Shown piece after piece: positions 20,577 to 32,191 of a stretch of DNA of 64,000 bases. The position numbers were made by a program, and so were the translations under genes. Position 1 is the first letter of the stretch. Each line of letters starts with the position of its first letter. The stretch is taken from NCBI RefSeq assembly GCF_902652985.1, contig NC_047031.1, positions 12,710,001 through 12,774,000 of the forward strand, written 5' to 3'. The notes under the pieces were generated by a model. It ran no database searches, was not told the DNA's origin, and was given only the letters and a program-made list of their open reading frames with translations. The DNA comes from Pecten maximus (Eukaryota).

Positions 20577-21084
20577 TTTCTCAGTAACAAGTTGTCAATC
20601 AGTTAAAAATTTGAGCATAGGTTCGTTTCGTAAATCACATAATGTATATATCCTAGGAAAAATGTTAAAATGGTTGTACAATGTATGATGTTTTTATACA
20701 ACGTAATAAGTGTTGTATCAAGTGTTTTACGGTCACGAAAAATTTGAGCATAGGTTCGTTTCGTAAATCACATAATGTATATATCCTAGGAAAAATGTTA
20801 AAAAATGGTTATACAAATGTTTTTATACAACGTAATAAGTGTTGTAGCAAGTGTTTTTATACAACGTAATAAGTGTTGTAGCAAGTATATACATCACGAA
20901 AAATTTGAGCATAGGTCCGTTTCGTAAATCACATAATGTATATATCCTAGGAAAAATGGTTATACAATGTATGATGTTTTATACAACGTAATAAATGTTA
21001 TAACATTGTAGGAAGTGTTTTACAATGTAATAAGTGTTTATACATTGTAAGATAAATCAGTTTTTTTTCTCAGTAACAAGTTGT
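20577..21084. repeat. Three ~133-160 bp tandem units bracketed by a 19-bp direct repeat
   Basis: aaaaatttgagcatagg at 20605, 20738 and 20899; tttctcagtaacaagttgt at 20577 and 21066. Confidence 0.9.
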
Positions 21085-21151
21085 TGTCTTTCCCCTGTAA
21101 CATTATATATTACCTCCTCACAAAAACCTTTGCTTGAATAACCCTACAGCA

Positions 21152-21805
21152 TGTCCTCTCTCCACCACGTACGATAACAGACTGATCCTGTCTATTGACT
21201 TTAGACTAATAAATAACGAATAACTTATTATTCTCCATCAGAATAACTTATTATTCTCATAGACAGAATAACTTATTATTCTCATAGACAGAACAATTTG
21301 TTATTCTCCATAAGTCAGAATAACTTATTATTCTCCTTTTGACAATTGAGAATAACTTATTATTCTCCTTCGAGAAATTCGACAAATAAGAGAGAATAAC
21401 TTATTATTCGACAATCTTATGACGATGTACCCACAATCTTATATAATCGCGTCCCACGACACAACCCAACACGACGTTCTCTCTCTCCCACCACGTACAG
21501 ACTGATCCTGTCTAATGACTCTCTAGACTAATAAATAACGTATTATTCTGACAATTGAGAACAATTTATTATTCTCCTTTTGACGATTGAGAATAACTTA
21601 TTATTCTCCTTCGAGAATAACTTATTATTCTCCTTTTTGAGAATAACTTATTATTCTCACAATTGAGAACAATTTATTATTCTCCTTCGACAGAACAACT
21701 TGTTATTCTGACAATTGAGAATAACTTATTATTCTTCGACAGAACAATTTATTATTCTTCGAACAACACACATTGGATCAGTCTGTACGTGGTGGAGAGA
21801 GGACA
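21152..21805. repeat. hr-like palindrome cluster 2 (~16 copies) inside ~30-bp inverted flanks
   Basis: GAGAATAA-CTTA-TTATTCTC variants; 21152-21188 is inverted to 21775-21805. Confidence 0.9.
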
Positions 21806-22019
21806 CGATGGCCAGGTAAAGGGGGGGGGGGGGGGGGGTAAAAAAAGACACCCCTCCCCCCCTTATTTTTACAAAATTTTTATAAGGAAAAACAATTTTC
21901 ATATGCATCATTACAGGTGTTTTTTTTCCACACATATACTTTTTTGTTTTTTTTTTAAGACTCTCTCTCTTCATAACCAAAAGTAACATTGGGTGTCGCA
22001 TTTTTTTTTCTTTTCTGAT

Positions 22020-22893
22020 AACGTCGAGCACGTCGTATGCAATGGGCAACGGCACATATGCCCAGACGTTTTCCTATGAGACGTTGGAGGTCTATGCTCT
22101 TCACCGATGAATCTCGATTCACGTTATTTCGAGCAGATGGCCGTCAACGTGTGTACCGGCGTCGAGGCGAACGTTTTGCTGACGCCTGTGTTTTGGAACA
22201 CGACCGATTTGGGGGTGGATCAGTTATGGTTTGGGCGGGAATCTCCCATGGTTTGAAGACGCCTTTGGTGATAGTCAATGGGAATTTAACGGCCGTACGC
22301 TATCGGGATGAGATCCTTAGGCCCCATGTTGTGCCGTTTGTTAGGCAGCATCATCTAACCTTTCAGCAAGATAACGCGAGACCACACGTTGCAAGAGTCT
22401 GTAGAGACTTTCTTGCGACACAGAACATTGTTCCTATAGATTGGCCTCCATATAGCCCCGACCTGTCCCCAATCGAGCATTTGTGGGATGAATTAGACAG
22501 AAGAATTCGAAATCGCCGTAACCCCCCAAATACCCTCCCTCAGTTAGCAAATGCACTCGTCCAAGAATGGAATAACATTCCAATACGGAAAGTCAATGCC
22601 CTGATGAACTCAATGCAACAAAGAATTAGAGATGTGATAACTGTTCGAGGAGGACACGCACGATATTAGGGCACGGTTTCAAAACTGCTGCCATTTCAAC
22701 TTGGATTCACGTAGGGTACTACCAATCATGACCTTCTAGCAAAGTGACCTGTTCTTAAAAATCTCTAAACATTTAAAGGATGTTACATCAATATTCAATA
22801 TTAACTATTACATATGAAATTTAAACATAATGCTCACAAGTATTATTTTATTAAACCTACAATTTGAAGTTGCGTTTCTTTTTCTTTTCAGTA
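22020..22893 (+). mobile_element. 5'-truncated Tc1 copy, near-identical to 1931-2804
   Basis: Direct match with a few substitutions; right TIR present, left TIR and DNA-binding region absent. Confidence 0.95.
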
Positions 22894-22899
22894 TATATA

Positions 22900-24844
22900 T
22901 ATGAATGTCCACGTGTTTGTTGTCATACTGGTCAAGAGGTGTATGAGACCTATTTTACCTGTCCGTACATAAAACTGTCCGAAGTGATGTCGTATATTTA
23001 CATTGAGGCAATGGGAAGGCCAAAGTAATGGCAGTTATTGGTATATGTGATTTGGCCAAGAAGTTAGTACTCTGTAGGCATAAAAGAGCCAACGCATTAC
23101 TGGCTACCAACACACTTTGAGTTGACCAGCCAACAAGCTAGTCGAATCATTTCGAAGTCCCTGTTCCGGGGTTACGAATATATGACATCACTTTGCGTCC
23201 CTGTATTTCCACATTCATTTTTGGACATTTTTAACTTTTGGAACTTGTATAGTTGATGTACGTTTTGGACACGGAATAGTAATAAAACGAAAGGAATCAA
23301 GAACTGTCAATTAATTAAGTTCATGTAGTCACCTCAAGTGTTACATGGCTTATTAATGGTGCCGTGACCAGGATTTATTATTTCAAAAAAAAACCAAACA
23401 AACATCAAATGGACAATCAAAAACAGACAACCAGAACCGTAAAGATTGTGTACCTGCCAATGATCATCGTGGAAATTAAGCCAGAGCCCGCTGTTGTAAA
23501 ACCACCGACATTTAAGGAGATTAGGGAGCGACTAAATATACCCTTGGCAGAACCAAAACTGATCGACGGAGTAGTCCCGGCCGGATACGAGGAGAGACCA
23601 TTGTAAAGTACTGGGTAAGTGGCTTACTGATTTTGTTGTTTTTATACCTTTGTATTTTTAATCAAACATGGTCGACCAGGCAGGGTTTAAAGAGGTTTTC
23701 GATGCACTTTGCGATCAAGTGGGGGTATTTGGGGCTTCCGTAGCGATCTAAGGGGCGGGGGCCAACATTAAAACATTCGAAGGGGATTCCAAACAGTTTA
23801 AAAGTTGGTTGCGTTCTGTCGACCGTTACGCCATAGCGACTCAAATACCTGATGGAATGCGACATTATTATGTCGCATTAGTCAGCTGGTGGCGTGGTGG
23901 CTGACTTTATGCAGCGGTACTTGAACGAGCACCCTGGGGTGGCATGGGCGGCGTTTAAGGCCGAACTAGAGCTAAGGTTTGCGGAAATTGTCGACCCGCA
24001 ACATGCGCTCGACGTTTTAGAGACAGTTAAACAAAAGAGTGGCGAGAACGTTGAAGTCTTTGCAGAAAGACTTACAGACATAGGGAAAGACTCATTCGGC
24101 CAGGACCTGAGTAACGACCTCATCCAACGTCAGTTGGTGGGGTACTTCACAAAGGGACTACACAATCCGGAAATTAGGATGAAACTAATCAGGGAAAACC
24201 CCGATAAGTTAGAAAGTGCCCTTAAAATAGCTAGGGATGAACAAAATGTAAGGCGTTGGTTTGCGTTGCACTCTCTCTCACCTAGACATTCAGATGGTGC
24301 TTCTGGGGTGAGGCAAGACGTAGAAATAGATCACTATCGAAATCGACAGTTTGTTTGTTTGTTTATGTTTTACGGCCCATCCACAACTAATCGAAATCGA
24401 CAGTGTTACAAATGTGGGAAGCAGGCCACATAGCAAAAAAATGTAGGTCAGGTGCGAAACAAATTAAAGCCTATAAACAGCATCAGGGTAATCAACAAAA
24501 TCAGGGTAACGGACAATAGAATGTTGGCATTGTGGGGGTCCCCAATTAAACGGTAACAATCGAAAAAACTAGGAAACTCCTGTCATGTCAAGGCCGATGC
24601 CAGGAGAAGAAAAGCGTAAATTCCAAATAAATTTGGCAGGAAATCCAAATTCAATTTTAGTTAAAATAAATAAACGAAAATTTAGGGCTCTAGTAAATTC
24701 AGGAGCAGAAGTATCGCTTATTCATAGCAGGGTGTATCGATGTTGAAAGATCCTCCGAAGCTGACAAATCAAAGTTTACTTACAATCTGTAAACGGTAGT
24801 TCACTGACTACTGACGGGGCGACAACTCTAAACTTTCAAGTGGG
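22900..24844 (+). mobile_element. Gypsy element 5' part: LTR remnant, tRNA-His PBS, small uORF, decayed gag-protease
   Basis: LTR end aagtgttaca at 23345, PBS at 23357, gag VADFMQRYL...CYKCG, protease FRALVNSGAE; closely related to 52.1-53.7 kb. Confidence 0.9.
24351..24389 (-). mobile_element. 39-bp LINE tail insertion with 15-bp TSD
   Basis: atcgaaatcgacagt duplicated at 24336 and 24390. Confidence 0.9.
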
Positions 24845-27197
24845 TTTGTTTGTTTGTTTATGTTTTACGGCCCATCGACAACTAGGGTCATTTAGGGCCA
24901 AACAATATACTATCATGTTTTATTTTTAAAGTTAAAATCAGATAAAATTCGTCATTTTTTAAAAGCATCCGTATTGTATATTTACATCATTATAATAAAA
25001 GGTGGTTAAAAAATGGTAAAATACATATATGTACGAATAGATTATGTGAAATAATATGTACGAATAGATTATGTGAACTTTGTTATAAATAGAACAAATC
25101 AAAGACTTTGTTTGTTGATGTTTTACGGCCCATCGACAACTAGGGTCATTTAGGGCCAAACAATATACGAACATGTTTTATTTTGTAAGTTAAAATCTGA
25201 TAAAATTTGTCATTTTTAAAAGCATCCGTATTGTATATTTAGATCATTATCATAAAAAAAGTTGGTTAAAAATGGTAAAATATGTATATGTACGAATAGA
25301 TTATTTGAACTTTGTTATATAAATAGAACGTCAAAGACAGTAACGTAAAAGACATCAAAGTCTATAAAATAGATCGATTTCTTTCAAGTAGCTAAATATT
25401 GTTTTCGAATCCACGGAACTGAAAAGGGTTTTCATATCCGGACTCGAAAGTATTTATCACGAATGTGCTTGAAATCGGAACATTCTATTAAAAAATGCTC
25501 CACTGTGAATTGAGCATCACATGCATAACACACCGGTGGATCCTCTCGTTTCAAAAGGAACGAATGAGTAGGATATGTGTGCCCGGTGCGGAGCCGAGAG
25601 AGGACTATTTCCTCTCTACGATCCTTCCGACTTGGTTTTGATGTTTTAAGTTTTGGTTGTACTTTAAAAAGTTTGTTGCTCGTCTCAAGAGACCAGCATT
25701 GCTGCCATTTACTGTGAATGGCAGAACTAATTACAGGTTTGAAATCTGTATATGGTATTTTAATATTTGTTTGTTGCAGATTTAGAGCAAGTTTTGCTTG
25801 GCGGTCAACATGTTCGTTGCCTTTAATTCCGACATGGCTCGGAATCAAAAGTAGTGTTATTTTGCATTTTTTTAAGATACGAGATATTCGTAAAACAAGG
25901 TTTTGTATGAGTATATTCTTTGGATCTCGTGAATGTAAATTCTGAAGGACAGATAGAGAGTCGGAACAAATGATTACCTTTCTAATGCGTTGTTCTTCGA
26001 TATGGTCGAGGGCCAAATCGATGGCACATGCTTCCGCAGAGAAGATAGAGGCACCATCTGGTAAGCGGATTGAAGAGTAATGGTGATCGGAATAGCATGC
26101 TGCGGAGACCTTTACTCCATCTTTTGAGCCATCAGTGTAGATCTGAACGTGATCGGGAAAATCTTTAATGCATTCCCGAAAGGAGGATTTGTGTTCTTCG
26201 GGTAATACACTCGATTTTGCCCTCACGTGTAGAGTAAGGTTAATATCAGGTGTTTCGACAAGCCATGGCGGTACATCCGATACGGTGTATTCGCCTATGT
26301 TGTCTAAGCTTATGTTAAGTTCATGAAGAAAATTCGAAATTCTAATGCCAAATGTTGGTAATAGTTTTTGGTTTTGAGTAAATATGTTTTGGTATTGCGG
26401 ATTGACAACAAGGTCAAGAGCCGGATTTTTCGGGTTGGATTTCAATTGGACGGCATATTGAAGAGAAAGTTTTTTCCTTCTGTCATTTAAAGATGGTTCA
26501 TTGCCTCTACATAAAGGCTCTGCACTGGTGTTGTTCGGAAAGCACCAAGTGCTAGACGTAATCCTTGATTATGGATAGGATCCAACATTTGCAGGTAAGA
26601 ATTCCGTGCCGATCCATAAACGATGGACCCATAGTCGAGTTTTAATCGAATAAGTGCCCTATAAATGCGCAAGAGCATTTCACGGTCCGCACCCCAGTCG
26701 GTGTGAGATAGTACGCGTAAAATATTCATTGCCTTTGAGCACTTATCCTTTAGGTGTTTAATATGTGGAACAAAGGAGAGTTTTGAATCGAAAATTAGTC
26801 CGAGGAATTTGGTTTGCTCTACAACTGGAATTTTGCTTCCATTTAATGTTAGATCGGGATCATTATGTGGCTTTCGTTTTTGGCAGAAGTGCATGCAGAC
26901 AGTTTTTGATCTGGAAAATTTGCCCAAACATTGTTGAAGTTGTCGTTCTATCGTGTGCATGTTCTTCGACCTACAGCAGATAAAGAAGTCATCAACAAAT
27001 AGAGACCCTTCAGTTGACTTACCGAGACATTTAGTTATACTGTTGATTTTCAGACCGAAAAGAGTTACGGAACAGTTCCCACACTGAGGGACTCCCATTT
27101 CCTGTTTAGATGTTTCAGAATACGTTGAGCCAACGCGAACCTTAAAATGTCTGTCAGATATGTAGTTTGCAATGAATTTTGGGAGATTCCCACGTAC
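24845..27197 (-). mobile_element. I-group (I/Nimb-like) LINE: short copy plus ~2 kb 5'-truncated copy with RT, RNase H and CCHC
   Basis: GVPQ/FVDD RT motifs, IYTDGSK...AEACAI...CSDS RNase H, CYAC...TVEHFLIEC, (AAAC)n tail. Confidence 0.93.
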
Positions 27198-27204
27198 ACC
27201 AATT

Positions 27205-27420
27205 TCAGGGAAAGTTGAAGGTATACAAGAACAAAGTATAGCGTCTGTAAGTAACATCAGCAGGACAAAAGACACAAAAACTACTGACCAAATAGATATG
27301 GTCACTGAACTGTATGTAACACCAGAACATTGAGCTGACATAGCCGATTTAATTTCGGAGAACAACGAACTATTTGCTAAGACGGATTCGGATTTAGGAA
27401 GTACAAAGACTGTAGAAATG
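27205..27420 (+). pseudogene. Gypsy pol fragment continuing the 22.9 kb element
   Basis: GKVEGIQEQ...LFAKTDSDLGSTKTVEM, homologous to pol at 51.5-51.7 kb. Confidence 0.8.
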
Positions 27421-27725
27421 ACTACTGTGTGGCTGTATTTGTACTCGTGTGACTACTGCGTGGCTGTATTTGTACCTGTTGTGACTACTGGGTGGCTGTA
27501 TTTGTACCTGTTTTGACTACTGCGTGGCTGTATTTGTACCCGTTTTGACTACTGTGTGGCTGTATTTGTACCTGTTGTGACTACTGTGTGGCTGTATTTG
27601 TACCTGTTGTGACTACTGTGTGGCTGTATTTGTAGCCGTTTAGACTACTGTGTGGCTGTATTTGTACCTGTTTTGACTACTGTGTGGCTGTATTTGTACC
27701 TGTTTTGACTATTGTGTGGCTGTAT
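27420..27725. repeat. ~32-bp minisatellite (~9.5 copies)
   Basis: (gactactgtgtggctgtatttgtacctgtttt)n. Confidence 0.95.
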
Positions 27726-28229
27726 GTCTCACCTGGAGGATCCTGGTGTAATTAACTGATGGTATTTGGAACCTGGGTTGAACTTTCGTTTATTTAAGCA
27801 CATGTAGACACCTGAACGGATTTTTTTATTCTGGAAAAAGTGATAAAGTCACATCTTTCATGTATTGTGCACAGTTAAGATTCTGGACATCGAGCGATTC
27901 TATCGAAACCGAGCATAGAAAGTGGTCGACAGATTGTGTGTATTTACAAATGACAATGCTGTAACATTGGAATTTTAAAGGCAATCACTGGTTGTTTACG
28001 TTGTTTATATTACGGATTACAATATTGCGATTTTAAGGATCTGATATCGACAGGCTTGTCGCACGCCTGGAATAAAACGAACATATCGTAGAAATAGAGC
28101 TGTTACTCCTTGAAGAGTAATCGGCCCTTGAATGTATATGTTAGTAGAATTATATATACAGAATTATATAGGATACGTTTATCGTGTTAAATGTAGCACT
28201 TAATAGTGTATACTGGTTTAGATTCGCTG

Positions 28230-28309
28230 TTTGTTTGTTTGTTTTACGGCCAATCGACAACTGGGGTCATTTAGGGCCAAACAATATACTATCGTTTTTA
28301 TTTTTAACG
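28230..28309 (-). mobile_element. Short LINE 3' insertion with 12-bp TSD
   Basis: ttagattcgctg at 28218 and 28310. Confidence 0.9.
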
Positions 28310-30798
28310 TTAGATTCGCTGAGTACAGCAGATAAAGAATCTGACTTAATTCGGTTAGTGAATTATTACAAGTGCTGCGTAGGAAAAGGAGCATTTCACA
28401 CGATAACTAGTGGCATATGGTTCTTAAGTGAGTAAGCAGTAAGCTCTCTTCTTTATACAAAAAAGATAGCCGCGCGTGCTACCCAACAATGTATTCAATG
28501 GACTGTCTGAACTGACACCAGCTTTCATGAATATGTTAGGGATGGTCCTTCATAATGTGTTCACTGGACTATCTACACTTACACATCTACATCTTAACAA
28601 AATGTAAGAACGGAGACTAGACTTGCAACAAGTAATTTTTAAGGGAGTGTTTATCTTAAGGTTTTGGCTTATTATTTTTTAATGTCCTGTCAATAGCTAA
28701 AGTCATTTAAGCCTCCCGTGCGTGCGACACACATGCGTGTGGTGAGTGCGTTTTGGGAGGCTACGTTATCTTGTGCGAAAGTGGATCCAACAACCAACCT
28801 TAAGAAGCTATCTCGGACTACGTACAACAACTTTGTTTAGACATACTAAACATTCGAGCACAATGTCGATTTCCCTAAGTGAAAGGACATGGAAGGTATT
28901 GCTGTGGTCATGATTAGCGATGACAATAATAGATAGGTTACTGGAAGGGCGACCTATGATCAGGTGCATTTGTTGTCGCACGTGTCTTGTTAATTATATT
29001 ACGAAGAAAATAAAGTAAATCATATTGAAAAAGCAATTTCTCAGTTTTGTTGTCCGAGGTAGGCGTTCCGAAGGTATGAAAACGACAGGTAGAGAGTGCG
29101 GACTTTAGATAGAAGCTGCCATTCTACTTGTGCCTTTAACTTATAATTACCTTTCATTGTAGGTGGTCAGAATGGCGTGGCCAGCCTGCCATGATAGTAG
29201 GTAAACGTAGGCCAAGATGACCATCTGCTTCCATCTGCCAGGGTCAGCATTTATTAACTTATATAAAATTTAATGGTTTCATAAGTAGTTTCATAACAAC
29301 CTTCTGTAAAAGGGACAATGTCCATGACTATGGGCAGTGCGGACTCGGGACTCGGATAGTTTAACATCTCGATGTTATACTCAGCACTCATTTTCGGTCG
29401 TACCACTAAAACATCATGATAGAAGTTATTGCCAGTTAGGTACCAGAACTTATTGTTGTAAGGGATCATCATGCCTTCGCCAAAACTGCTCTATCCGCCG
29501 TTAAATTAATTGGTATGAGTACAATGTTTTCTTCTTTTTTGTACAGAATTGTTTTCTGTTCTTTTAGGTCTAGATGAGTGAAGGACCTCTTCCTCACAGA
29601 TTGTATGATTTTATTAACCTAAAATGTTGTCTTAAGTCTCATTTTAATTTTAAGTACAGCACGGACGAATCATCGGGTGCCTGGGTTCGAGAGCAGGATC
29701 CCGAATGTACTGTAATATGTTCAGTAGAAGTTTAATCATATCTACATGTATACATGTTAGCTAATTTGCCAGTAATTAGATAGACCTCGGTTCTCTAAAC
29801 AACTTGGATGTTATCTATACCATGTTCATGTAATACTGGTTGTATCCAATGATCTTCTTGTAGTTCTAATTAATGTGGTGTTTACATGTAGACCTCAGGT
29901 AACGAACCCCATAACCATATTAAGTTGGGGGAAATCTATCTGTCCGGCCGATGCACATCATGATCATTATAAAAGTTTAGCCTTCGATTCATACTAAGGT
30001 CGCTCTTAGCCGTCTGCGAACGGACACATCATATACCTATCTGCATCAATAAACAGAGGAACCACCAATCTACGAATTCGTCATTACTCTACTACTACAA
30101 CTACTACAAATCTACAACCACAAAATACTCAAAAGGATTAGTATATTTTACGAATCTCCGCTCCGGCTAATACACTCGTTTGAGAACGATCACTACCAGG
30201 GTAGGTCAGCTTTTTAATAAACCGGAAGGGCGGTTTTCAGCTAACTCCCTTACCAGGTTAGCCGCCAGTAAAGTGTCCACCCAGTCACGCTTAACTTTTC
30301 GGACTCTATCTGTTCTTATCAAAAATCTTCAACTTCTGGTCTTGTATGTCAGTAGTCGTGGGGGCAGACAGCGGTCCCGTGGTGTATCTGCTCTGTCTCT
30401 TGTAGTCAGGTATCCTACGGACACAGAAATTTTTCGTAGTTGCCCACAATTCTACGCCACGCGTATGCGGAAACCGCACACGGCAATCAGTCCTTCTTCC
30501 TTAACCACTTATATGCCGATGCTACATAGTCTTAATCGAGACAGATACCTTCCTACAGTACCACAAGAGGTGGAAATTTCAAATGCTTTAATACCGCAAC
30601 GAATTCCGCTTGTACTGTAGGCGTTTGCGCACATGCGTTAAAAATTGCTCGTGCCAAGAATGTGCCAAATACAAATATCAATATTTGTTTTTTGACCAGG
30701 TCTCAACCCCTCTGGACGTTCCTGATTACGGTGTATACTATAGTACTATAAGTGTGCATGACCTTGGGGACAAGGTCTCCTCGTCAGGAGGGGAGAAC

Positions 30799-32180
30799 TT
30801 ATTACGAAGAAAATTCGCAACATTAAAAGATAATAAAATATCTTAACACGTAGTTATAGCATTAACTACAGTATAGATCATTCGGGTCGTGTAGTGCATG
30901 AAATACAGAGTTCACCTTAGAAATCAACACCATGGGCAGATTGTTTACCTGACCAAATTCCACTCAAGAGCAGGCTGACCATAGAACAAGCGAAATGCTA
31001 CAGCTTTAAGGGGTCACGACAATGTGGAAGATACCGGCATGCAGGAAGCTGGACAGGAAACCAAATTTGAAAAGTCAAAACCTGGACAAATGATGGCCAT
31101 TGGTCAATGGCAGCCTACATACATGCCTTCACCAAATTTCGTAATTTTGTATAACAAATCGCCGCTAAAACCTTTCGGTCAGTTAGAACCTGAGCAGCCG
31201 TGGAACTGAGTTGACTGTTAGTTCTAATGGCGAGAGCTCTCGAACCTTTTATTATTGTAACGTGTAGTTAATGTAAATAACGAATACAGCAAGTATCTTT
31301 ATCTAGTAAGGATTGTTTAATTATAGTTAATGTACGACTAAATTGTTTAAGCGTTATGCTTATGCTCTAATTGCTGTTATTGATTGTAGACTAATATATA
31401 ATCCACTTTATAAGAGTGTACAACATATTTAGAACATGTGTATTGATATCATGATTGTAATTGTAACAATGAGTATTGTATATAGTAAATCACTTTTACA
31501 AACAACTTTGTGTTAAAACATTTTTATGTTGTGATTAATAAAAGTTAGAACCTGAGCCGTGAAACTGAGTGGACTATTCAATTTAAAGGTACCAACAGCG
31601 GAGGGTAACATTTCGAAATGAGTAATCATGGGATATCCAGTCCCGTGATAAGTGGTGGAGATCCGGCTCCATGAATTGAAGATCCCAACGGGAATACCGT
31701 CCGATCGTACAATTACCCTTCGCAGGCCAGGCTACCTCCTCCCTGTCATCATTACCACCTGCATATCCAGGGTCACCTGTCATACATCAACCGACTGACA
31801 CTTTTCAACGTCACCGAGACACCGATTCAGGCGAAAGGGGCGTGCAGCGGCCACCTAGCGCCGCCAACAACACCGGCACGGACACAAATCAGCAGGACAG
31901 CGACGTCGACAACCCAGGTGGTAACCCCACCCCTCCAACATCGACGTACGGGAAGCAAGAGCCCGCCGACATCAACGGTTGGACATTCTTTTTAATATGC
32001 CTTCAGGGACTATAAATTTAGAAAAATTCAAGGGTGATAGCACCCAAAATCCATTGCCATGGTTAAGAAACTTTTCAGATTGGTATCTTTGCTATGAACT
32101 TAATGACACCAAGAAACGCAACGCATTCCCGTTTCAATTAGAGGGACATGCCAAAGTTTGGTTTGATACTTTAGACTAAA
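30799..32180 (+). mobile_element. Gypsy LTR (TTATTACG...CGTGATAA) + tRNA-Ala-like PBS + gag start
   Basis: Polypurine tract aggaggggagaa before 30799; PBS tggtggagat at 31653; gag LEKFKGD...FPFQLEGHAKVWFDTL. Confidence 0.75.
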
Positions 32181-32191
32181 CTGATAGGGCT

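Larger units (their letters stand above)
5721..22019. mobile_element. Endogenous fragment of a large nuclear dsDNA virus (unclassified)
   Basis: About 14 compact, intronless, partly overlapping ORFs; viral-type PolB; TATA boxes upstream and AATAAA next to stop codons; hr-like palindromes on both sides of the N gap; visibly CpG-richer than flanks. Confidence 0.85.

Noticed and set aside
21218-21760. CRISPR array
   Set aside because: Spacers are mostly only a few bp, irregular and repetitive; no cas genes; eukaryotic context
28450-30170. Possible genes, including ORF 29254-29472
   Set aside because: No recognisable motifs; probably decayed repeats
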